A stretch of 64,000 nucleotides of DNA, from assembly GCA_051294375.1 (NCBI GenBank), contig CM119269.1, positions 17,904,265 through 17,968,264 on the forward strand, in the 5' to 3' direction. Each line of letters begins with the position of its first letter. Position 1 is the stretch's first letter. Shown here in pieces: positions 53,716 to 64,000 of the stretch. The stretch is from Paraspadella gotoi (lineage: Eukaryota > Animalia > Chaetognatha). The notes under the pieces are model-generated. The model ran no database searches. It was not told the origin of the DNA and saw nothing but the letters and a program-made list of their open reading frames with translations. The position numbers and the translations under genes are program-made.

Positions 53716-55097
53716 TTTAGAAAGTTTATTTCCATCTATCTTTCTTTCTTTCTTTCTCTCTTGCTTTCTTTTTTTTTCAAATTTCAATATTTCTCAGCCT
53801 TGATTAAAACAGTAAATCTTCTTTCTTTCCTTAAAAGAAATTTTTGGACGGCGAACGATGTCCTCGGGGCTACAAGAAGATAACGGGCGTTTCCATCTGC
53901 GCCTACCCGCGCGACCTCTGCTTCCGATGTCGTAAAGTCAGGGATCCCGTCGATTGCGACCTGAAGGTGGATAGGATCGTCCACGATCGAGACGCCCACG
54001 GGTGTCCCGTTAAGACGTAAGGAGGAGATTTTATTTGGGGGGGGGGAAGAATTAGAGAAAAATATAATGGTGGCTTAAAAAAAGGATTTCGAGATTTCGA
54101 TTTAATAGTTGTAATTAGCTAAAATTAACGAAAGTTACAAAGACCGAGATAAACTTTGAATAAAACATTTAATATTTTTTCCGTAACTATGAAGTCTCTC
54201 ACATTTTTTTCCCAGTTGCCAGCGGTCATCTGTTCCGAAAAAATACTGTCGCTCGTCCACTTACTATTTTGACAGGCGACAAAAAACCTTCGAATGTATC
54301 CCTAAAGGTAAGCCATTTCGTAGGTAAGTCAATCTGTGCCTCTGGTCGTCCGATTATTTTATTCAATCCGCTGTCAGGCTCTCAAACTCTTCGGCTTCCA
54401 GAACAAATCACCAATTTTATCAACTTGCCTGACCTTCTATTCTCACCTTTTTTCCCTCCGCCCTCCTCTTTCCCCCCCAGCTTTGTACTGCTTCGTCTTT
54501 CCAAAGAACCAGATCGAGGCTAACGTTCATATCAAACCGTTGATCGAAAAAGACATCGACGCCTTCACCTTCGACGTCTACTACACTATGACCTCCCCGA
54601 CGAAGGATCCTTGGATCTTGAGCTGCGCTCACAAAAACAAGTACAACGCTCTCGTCATCGGTCCGAAAGATGGCGTTCTGGTCGGCTCCAAGTCGCTCTA
54701 CACGAGACTGACGCCCCCTCTGAACCAAGAGACGCACTTGACGATCGTTTGGAACGGCGTCACCGGCGACATCCGGGTCTTCGTGGACGGAAAGCTGGAG
54801 AGAAGAGGGAAGAATAAGGCGAAGACGGGGAAGACGGGGAAGAAAGTGTTAAAGGGATGTCGCATGATCTTGGGTCAAGAGCAGGACGAGGTCGGAGGAA
54901 AGTTTGACCCGACACAACGATTCGTGGGGAAACTGTGCGGGTTTCAGATGTGGGATAGGGTGTTGAGCGAGGCTGAGCTGAAGTTGCTGTTTGACGGACG
55001 GTTGCCGAAGAATAAAAATGGGAATCTGTTCGACTCACCACCGAGTTATAAGTACGAGCTGTTGAAGGGAGCCACGAAAATCATTTCCTACGACTAG
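51078..55097 (+). CDS. Secreted Cys-rich/pentraxin-domain proprotein, paralog C (610 aa, Lys/Arg-rich)
   Basis: 11 exons: 51078-51141, 51255-51307, 51377-51408, 52403-52587, 52677-52894, 53024-53253, 53384-53487, 53558-53616, 53838-54016, 54216-54307, 54481-55097; 1833 nt, same phases. Signal peptide MDTKSVFLLFLVAAIAKA, RGQR site, LGQEQDEVGGKFDPTQRFVG. Confidence 0.9.
51626..52197 (-). repeat. Partial tandem pair of the ~310-bp repeat in intron 3 of paralog C
   Basis: Copies 51626-51939 and 51953-52197 are near-identical and flanked by (TA)n. Confidence 0.85.
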
Positions 55098-56432
55098 AGC
55101 TGAAATGCCCAAATGAAAAAGATTACGTCCACTACGAATTATTTTTGTATAGAAACTGCACCCAAAATAAATTTTCGTCGTCAGTTGCTCTTGATTGTAT
55201 TATTTTTACGCTTATAATAATAGTCACTCATTAATTCAAGTTCGGAATGACTTTTGTTTCATTTTGCCATATTTTTGAATCGCAACGCGCTCTCTGTTGA
55301 GAAATCATGCAACTAAAAAATTTGCGAACAATCGATGTGGAGGATTTAATTGTTCGTTGAAACTGGCGACCTGGCTTTACAGGCCTCTGACTGTCTTAGG
55401 CTTTGGAACCGGAACCATTAACGGTATATAGAGATACACGAACTTGTGGAGGCACAGCGCAGTTTCTGAAACGATCTGCTCCACCGAATTTCACGAAGGA
55501 AATACCTATCCCTGCCAGTTTACATTTCATCCTACCTTTATAGTCAGTAATATCATTCTTTCATCTAAAACCATATTTAATCTTTAATAATTAATTGTAA
55601 ATCGTAATTTTTTTTTATTTTTTTTTGTAAATAAACCAACAATGCGATTTGGCAATGTCCGCGAAATACCATTCTCCAGATTTCGTTCCAAACGGTTAAA
55701 CCCCCCCCCGACAAATAATGCCATCGTCTCTCCCCTCATCCTCCTTTCAATCCCAACCATCCGCCACCTCCCACCTCCCACCTCCATCCCTAAATAATTG
55801 ACCCATCGAAAAACTCGGACACGAGTTTTTTTTTTTCCTCGTAACTGACCACCACCAATAACTCCCCCTTAACGCCCCCCTTTTCCCCTTAACCCGCTCA
55901 CCAGTGACCCCTGTCTTGCACGTCGCCAGCACAGGAGGGGACAAATCGTAAGAGCTCATAATGCGAGGGTTTGAGGGGTAGTTGTTCCGTCTTCGCAAGA
56001 GTTGCATTATATATATTGCAAAGAGTTGGAAAAGATTTTTAATGAAATTTACATCGTATATATAAAATTTTACGACCATTTTAACGTAATTTTAAGAACA
56101 TGAACAAATCTGACCAGAGTAGTTGGTACAATTATTATATAAGCAATTGTTGAAATAGTCCACTGGCCGCGTGGAGCAGGGTACGGCGGACAGTTGGGCG
56201 GGCGGTTCGGACCAGCGTTCTGACGGCGTGGTCTCGCGATAGGGAGCCGGTCATTACATTGGCGCCGCCCGCCGTAACGGTCGTCCGACACGGTCGCCCT
56301 CTTTCTCTCGCCCGCTTCAAGGTTTGCCCCTCGATTTCCTTTTGCTCGAAACGAAACTTCGACTCTTTTGGGTTAAAACTTTGGCAAAAGTTTTCGGTCG
56401 AATGAAGACGCGATGGATGTGATGGCATCTAT

Positions 56433-56435
<3 letters not shown>

Positions 56436-56526
<91 letters not shown>
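56436..56526. repeat. (CT)n microsatellite, representative of many
   Basis: Pure (CT)n. Other (CT/GA)n or (CTTT)n tracts at 3434-3680, 6505-6575, 22838-22910, 28212-28298, 35663-35719, 41795-42008, 42908-43012 and 53631-53712. Confidence 0.95.
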
Positions 56527-56528
<2 letters not shown>

Positions 56529-57428
56529 CGTTTGTTTTGTCATTTAAAATCGGCGTCGCATAATTGAACTCGACGACGACGACAATGACGACGATTACGC
56601 CACGACGACGACGAATTACGACGAAGACAACAACGACGACGTCGATGGTTGGGGTGGAGAAAGATCTGGAGCATCGATTGGGTGGGAGGCACCCATCCGT
56701 CGCCCCAACCATTGGGACCAGTCTCCATGGAAACGACGGATCGCTTCGTCGGAATGTCTCTCTCAACAAGTCGCCCAATCACCCAGATTTTGGTCACTTT
56801 TTTGTACTTTTGGTCAAGACTTCTCGCCCTTATTTTCTTTTGTGAGATTCAGTTTCGGACTTTTAAGGCGGATTTAGGGTCAGGAAGGGTCATATCGGGT
56901 CACGCTGTGGGTTACTTTTTTTTGTCTTGGTGGTCAACGCGGTGACCCGATTTCGCAAAGCTTCGACGAAGATACTTCTTGTGTCGGTTCATTCGGAAAT
57001 TGCAACCGAAGATCCGGAGAGGGAGTTGAGGTGAGGTAAGTCACAAATCTAAATTTTAAATGTCAACAAACATTTTTAAAAAAAGACAGAATTTTTAAGA
57101 AAAAAAAATATAAAATATATATTTTGCTCGATATGATGAAAATTTTTTTTGGTAAATTTTACCTAAAATCTTTTTTTATAATTAGGGCGATAAATTTGTA
57201 GCGTTGTAACTTAGTGTCTAATGATCATTCACACAATTTCATGAATTTTTAATTAAATTTTTGGCTCAGACAGAGAATATTTCTTCATCGAAGGAGTGTA
57301 CACAACTAATGTTAATTCTTGAAATGTTATCAAATAAATATAAATAAATACATTCTTCGAACTCTCCATCCCAGAGGAGAACGAAAACCACATCGATCAG
57401 CTCACTCAACTCACCGGAAGAGAGAAAT

Positions 57429-57488
<60 letters not shown>

Positions 57489-58870
57489 GATTAAATGTCC
57501 TCATCCAGAGTTATCACTGTCACTCGCGCCGACTTCAACTCGTGAGAACGAAACGCTGATCCTAGACTCGGAAACGAATTTTCTCTTACCATCGATTAAC
57601 ATAAAAAGCGATGGTCCGATTCATGTTTTGTTTACGTTTCGCTTGTTTGTTTACTTTTCTCATGTATTCATTACGGGATAATCTGATCCGATCGTCGCGA
57701 TGTCCAGGCGGAAACGAGGGGTCGGTGGGTCATCCTTCTCTCATGAGGAGTTGCTTCGAGGTGATAGCAAAGTTATAGTTCGAAGTTATAGTTTTAACTT
57801 AAAGTTTAAATCAACTTTTTAAGTTCTGAAAAACAAATTCTGAAAATGGGAATATTATGAATATAAAATGTTCGGAAACTGGTTACAACCTTTACTCATT
57901 TCTCTCTTCTCCTAAAAATCGATTTATTTTCTCTCAATTCGAACCAGAAATCATCACGCGATTCGCCCAATTTTTTTTTTTTTTTCGTTCATCGGAATCG
58001 ATTTTTCCCTCAAAATTCCAAATCCTTAATCCCGAAATTGAGGCTGAATCGATCGACTGGGAAATTGTTATTTCTTCGGATCGGGAGAGAGAGAGAGAGA
58101 GAGAGAGAGACCCGCAGGTCGGACCCACAGCTCGTCTAGACTTACGTGGACAAAGCGGGAGTACCGACCACCCATTGCCCATCTGCCTTTTTATTTACAC
58201 ACATAAAGTCATACATACTCTTTCTCTCTATCTCTCTCACTCCCCTTTCTCCCTCTCGCCTTCCCTCTCTCTTTTTTTCTCTATCTAAAAATATACAGAT
58301 AGAAGTTAATCGATATTCGGTCAAAATCAAAGCGAGCCCGTTTCGCATCTTTTTTCATCTATTTTGCCAAAGTTTCAGCTTTATGCAAATCGGTTATGAC
58401 TTGTTTTTTGTCCTTTGTCTCACGTATTTCTTGTGAATCTTTCTACCTACCTACTTTGTTGCTTTTTAAATAAAAAGATAAAATAATTAAAACAATTCTA
58501 ATACAATATTTACAATGCTTTTTCAACTTCTAACTTCCGCTTTATTATGAGAAAAAGTGAAAGAAAAATCTCAGGATAAAAAAAAAAGGAAAATGAGATT
58601 CGTGGCCTTGAGGCGATTTCTTTTCTCGCCCATAAAAATAATCGGCGGGAATTGGAGCCAAACGTGAAGGCTGACGGCAAAGCCGACGTCCAAACCATGT
58701 AGTTATTAGAAGAAAAAAATGAAAGGATGAGCGAATCGACAAACTCTTCATGAATGGGATATTTGAGGCTACCGTATGAATGCCGTACACATCGGGCACG
58801 GCTACGGCGGGCTTTGTCTTATGGCGGGAACCACGAAGCTGGAATTCGTCGAGAAGGGTTTTTATTACAC

Positions 58871-59335
58871 TAGGGGTAGCCGCACTCAATGGGGTGAGTC
58901 AAAAATTTAGAGTGAGTACATGCTCAAACGAATATTTAGACATTTTTAAGAATACTTTCAATGGACAAAAAATTTCTAATATGGCTCTATACCCGAGTAA
59001 TTATTTTTTTAATATTTATTTATAGATAGGAAAGGCCAAAAATTTTTTTTTGAATTTTTAAATTTTAAGACCAGATTCAGATAGCTCATAAAAAGTTGTC
59101 TACACAAAGTATGATTCTTTTTTAAATATTTTTACGATAAGTGTGTCAAAAATAAGAAAAACTATAAAAAATCATCATCATCATCATCTTTCGATGATTT
59201 TATCAGTTTTTTTATATTTTCACTTAGAAAACGTAAGAATTTTTAAAAGCAGTAATTATATTTCTTGTTTAACTTTTTATGCTCTATCAGAATCCATCAA
59301 AAAATTTTAAGATTTAAAAAAAATATTTTTAGCTC
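58871..59335 (+). repeat. ~460-bp dispersed repeat, probable DNA transposon end
   Basis: Collinear match to 40838-41295 on the opposite strand. Confidence 0.8.
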
Positions 59336-59954
59336 TATATAGTAATATAATATTTTTAATTAGGCGAGTACCCTCAGAAGAAAGCATTTTTGACAAAAAA
59401 TATTTTAATACCATAATCTATGGTCATGATAGATTATTTTAACGCTGTATACATTAGCATTTAAATTTCATCGGCTATGGCTAATTACACTAAGATTTAT
59501 TTATATATGAATCGTTTCTAATAATGTACCCATTGTATCGATTTAATTCTACGCTACGATCCACTGAAATATGTGCAGTATTTTCTGTAGTAATTCCGAC
59601 GGAGGCCAGCTTTCGTAAATTTGACTTCAAAGACTATTACCCAAAAAATTATATGCTAAGAAGGTTGTAAAAACTTCCAACGACGCCTACAACATCTACA
59701 TACGTCTAATCCTACTCAACCATTGGGTGATATTTATTTAGTTTATTTGTACCGACAACTCATACATACAATTAAAAAACGATCCATAAGAAGAGAAAAT
59801 TCTGAAACTATGTTATTTGAATTGTTTTCAATTTAATACTTTGTTTATTTTAATTTTCTCGCGTCTGTCGAGAGAATTCGTGCCCCCCGAATCAACTCGA
59901 CCACTTTCAGAAATCGCGACCCCCGAAAACCGTTGGCGCGGATTTCCATCTCAA

Positions 59955-61631
59955 CACGTGCATCGACGTCGTCCCATTCACGCCCGCGCACGTGACTTTG
60001 AAAACCGGGCCCCGGGACAACAAATGGACAAACTCGAGACAAAAAGTCACAAAATGGACGCGAAACAAAAAAAGTCAAAGCGTGAAAAGTGGAAAATGGA
60101 AAAAATGAGAAGAAAATCTGTCGCTCGAAATCGTCAGACCGTGGGAAGGAAAGAAAAAGATAAAAAAAAGAAAGAAAGAAAGAAAAAGAAAAGATGAGGA
60201 GGAATAAAAAGGAGGCAGTTTGAAAAGAAGAGAAGTTGAGGTTTTTATTTGAACAAGTGGGAGGTTAACATGAATGTAAAAAACTACTATGTAAATTGTA
60301 CAAAATCAAAATCGCCAAAACTACAGCTTGATTGATTTATTTTGAATATTATGTATGTTCAATTTGTTCATATTTAAAGAAATACATTTCCTCAAATTGA
60401 AATAAACAAAACCGGTCTACCGTCTGGCGTTGATGTAAAAAAGTAAAAACCAGGCTCATTAACGGCGGCAGATGGCGCGCGAGAGAAAGAGGAAGGTCGG
60501 CGGCGTCGCCCGACGTTCGTGGCGCCGTTCGGACACGTGAAGCGACGCCGCTCGAGGTCACGTGACTCGAAAACGGGCGTCGATGGAATCGGCTCTGGGT
60601 TATGGGCTGAAAAGGGGGGGAGTGACGAATCGAATATGAGGATGTAGGGGGAAACAATTATTGGAACAATGAAAGGCGAAAAGTCGGAAGAGGAAGAGGA
60701 ATTAAAGGGGGAGGAGAAGGAGGAGGAGGAGGAAGAAAAAAAAGAACAAAAGAAACGAACTTTTAAACGATTATATGCGGAGGAGAAAAAACGGAGAATT
60801 CGGTTAGGATTGGCTGAATATTCCAAAATAACACTGTTATCATTGTTTCTTTGATTAATATTGAAACAAACGTAATTAGGAATTTTTGAGATAAGTTTCT
60901 GAACTTCCTTTACTAAAGTGTTGAAGCCAACTGACATTTAGGGGGAGAAGAGGCAGGAGCTTAATTTATTAAGAGATTGCTTGTTCAATAATGCTAAAGT
61001 TAGAATAGAGAATACTAGATTCCTATTTCTTTATGAACATACATCAATCTGTAGCAATGTATTCCATCCACCCGTTAATATTAATATAGGTCAACAAAAA
61101 GACATCGACAGATGCGGCGGCGTCCGAAATCATTTCGATCCCAGATCAACGTCAAACAAAATCGCATCCGAACGACGTTCGATCGTCGCCGAACGTCGCC
61201 GCTTAACGGCTTCGCCCCCTTTTCTCTCTTTCCGGTTCGCCGCCTCCGTCGAAGGCCCCTTTCGACCTCCCCCCCCTCTCAAGGGCCTCATACTACGCCC
61301 CCTTTAGTTCTTCCATCTTCCTTGTACCATCCAGCCCTTCTTCATCCCCCTACCCCCTCCTCTCTCTCTTCCCCTCTACTCTTTTTTGCACGTGCCCCAT
61401 TTATTTCGTCAAAATGAATTTAAAATGTCAAAATCGGAAAAAATTCGCGCCAGAAATACTTTTTTTCATTCGCTCTGCCGACGACGACGACGACGACGAC
61501 CACCACGACCACGCACGTGTTGATCCCTATCGCAATCCTCCGATCCCATTTACGTAACGATTTTCTGAATGCTTCTTTTTTGACGAAACTTTTTGATATT
61601 TCCGTTTAAAGAACCGAATCAAAGTCACGTG
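59955..61631. promoter_or_regulatory. Cluster of seven CACGTG E-boxes
   Basis: CACGTG at 59955, 59989, 60534, 60559 (within GTCACGTGAC), 61389, 61514 and 61626, all in CpG-rich islands. Confidence 0.55.
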
Positions 61632-63417
61632 TCCCGGGCGTCGTTCGCAGCGACGTCTCCGTCGATACTCATTGTTTTTTTTTTCGATTTGACTTTGACA
61701 TCAGCATCTACGCCATCTGGTCCTAAATGACGCCTGGCCAACTCTGGTCTCGACCCGGGTCATCAGCCTGCTCGCCGACGCCAGATTTTATTATTTGACG
61801 CTGTACTGATAGTTTTCTATGGGGTGAATAGAATCGGCTATCGGTACGTGTCAAGTCACAATACTAAAGCATTTTTTTTTTTTACTTTTTATTGTTAACC
61901 AATCATATCAAAGATTGAATAGGACTTCCCATTTACGTCTCATTTTGTCTTCTTCTTGATTCCCAATGTCTTTTTTTCTCTTCCTCGTGTCTTTTCCGAT
62001 ATTCGGAGCTTTGGAAAAAAACGTGCCTCTGGGCAAAGTTTTGTTTGACGCAAATCAATCGATGAGTCACGGCTTTTTTTGCGATCTCTCTTCTCTCTCT
62101 CTCTCTCTCTTCTCTCTTCGCTCTCTCTTTTCTCTCTCTCTTAGTCGGTGTTATCTTTGCGCTTTCTGCACTCTCTCTCTTTTGAATCTCTCACTTTTCT
62201 TCTGTTATCTTTGCGTTTGTGTCTGAGAGCCCTCTCTCTCTTTCTCTCGCTCGTTCTTTCCCCATCTCTCTCTGCCCGTCATTTCCTTGCCCGTCAGTCG
62301 TGTCGCGAGCCCAGCGGGCGTTCAGTCTCGACCATTTTTATCCTCTTCCTGTTTGTTCACTACCTTGTAGACTTTTAGTTAAACTTGTCAAATTTTTGGA
62401 TTGTAGTTTTTCGAGTAAGAATCTTAGAAGCCATTATCGATGTCTAGCTTCAGATACTCTGAGATGATGTTGCTGTAGCATTGGCAGACTTATTTTTTTC
62501 TCTCAAAGATAAATTAATCTAAAATTTTTTTTTCATTGAGAAATTGAAAAAATTATATCTAGGTGAAAATTTGAGAGGAGATTATTTTTTTGCGGATGTT
62601 AAAATCAGCGGATTACATTACAATTTCACTGAGCGTACGCGAAAGGGGAATATTTTAGAACCAGAAGCGGGGGGAAAAAGATTGAAAGACAGAGAGAAAT
62701 TAAAAATTGTCTTATTAACAAATTTGGAAAAAAATAATTACGGCTTACGTAATATTTTTTGAATTTGCAATCTATGGACATCCAATGGACATTGTACATT
62801 GGACACAATGGACATTAGAATGTGAATATAAGGCAACATCGTACATAAAAAGAAAGACAGAATGTCAGAAAGAAGAGATAAAAAAAATAACAATTGATCA
62901 ATTTAAGAGAAAGAGAAACCAATAAGGGAAAAAGTACTAATAAGCAAAAGACACACAAAAGGAAAAAGAAACATGAAAGGCAGCTGGTTCTTTGTTTAAC
63001 GTTTCCACCGATGCACCTCCGATGCGTCTTCTCTCTCTCTTTCTCTCTCTCTCTCTATATACTCCCTGTCTTTCTCTCACTGCGCTCAGCCGCGCATGAT
63101 CCGCAAATATCAACAAGAAAACGTTTTGTATAAATGTTTGAATGAATGAAAACTCACGAACTAACAGAGAAAGGTTGGCTGTCAACATCCGTAACAAAAG
63201 TATATAAATGTGGCAAGACATTTAGCTTCAAATGGTCGGTTTGAAGATATTCCATCGGTGTGCCAAGAGTGAAATTTGGATAGTATTGTAGATTGGGCAT
63301 TTTATATCTTTATTCCGGTTGGTTTTAATTTTCTCTACAACTTGAATCTCATTGTGTTTTGAACCTTTCTTTTTCGTTGTTATCAGGATATTTAGTGAAA
63401 AGTTTTGAAGTAGATTT

Positions 63418-63584
63418 CACAACGAATTTATTAGTAATAAACAGACATGTTTCGGCTTTAGTTAGAGAGAGAGAGAAACTTTTGCCCTCTCTCTCATTCT
63501 CTATATATATATTTTGTTTATCAAAATGAAGGCTTGCAAACTAAAGCCGAAACATGTCCGTTTATTACTAATAAATTCGTTGTG
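63418..63584. mobile_element. Penelope-like inverted pseudo-LTR fragment
   Basis: ~46-bp inverted arms. Plus strand reads ATGAA-GGCT-loop-AGCC-GAAACATGTC...AATAAA. Confidence 0.6.
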
Positions 63585-64000
63585 CATACCTAGCCGCTGC
63601 CGAACGCTTTATTCTCTGATCCTCTTTCCATTTTTCCGATCGCGCGTGTCGCGCGAGGGTAGTCGCTCTCGACGCGCGCTCTTAAACGCTCGTCGGAACG
63701 CGACTTACTCGACTTACCTATGCCCCCGTTGCTTTCGTCGCTGGTCGTCGCTCGAATGGATTTCATGTATGATAGATTTTATTTATATAAGGTTTTTGCC
63801 AGACCTGAATCCGATCTCGCTCTTTAATGTTCTAAGCACATTGTTTTCACATCTTTTCATTATATCCAATATTTTTCATCTTCATTTCTTTGTTTGATTA
63901 TTGCTTTCTCATTTTAATAAAGTATATATCCGAAGAAAAAAAAAATCCTATATATTTCTGATATGACCGATTGATATGACAACGGAAATTCTCGCCGCTG

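Noticed and set aside
56564-56845. Thr-rich 93-aa ORF
   Set aside because: Non-ATG start, driven by (GAC)n repeats, no recognisable motif.

Overview
AT-rich, microsatellite-rich invertebrate (metazoan) scaffold with N gaps. It holds: (1) the last three exons of an EGF-repeat protein ending in a chitin-binding type-2 (peritrophin-A/CBM14)-like domain; (2) a ~10-12 kb inverted duplication (1-10109 vs 10686-22910) whose right arm is indel-riddled and probably a long-read gap fill or second haplotype; (3) a 10-exon 5-HT1-like aminergic GPCR; (4) a tandem triplet of 11-exon genes for ~610-aa secreted proproteins with about 40 aligned Cys followed by a divergent pentraxin domain, differing in Ca-binding motif, charge and extra cysteines; (5) many small mobile elements, notably a complete TRIM with tRNA-like LTRs plus three related solo LTRs with conserved hairpins, Penelope-type hammerhead-like palindromes, several TIR elements and HINE-like repeats; (6) a dense CACGTG E-box cluster near 60-61.6 kb. 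Gene models were built by eye from GT-AG sites and frame/phase; no database searches were run.
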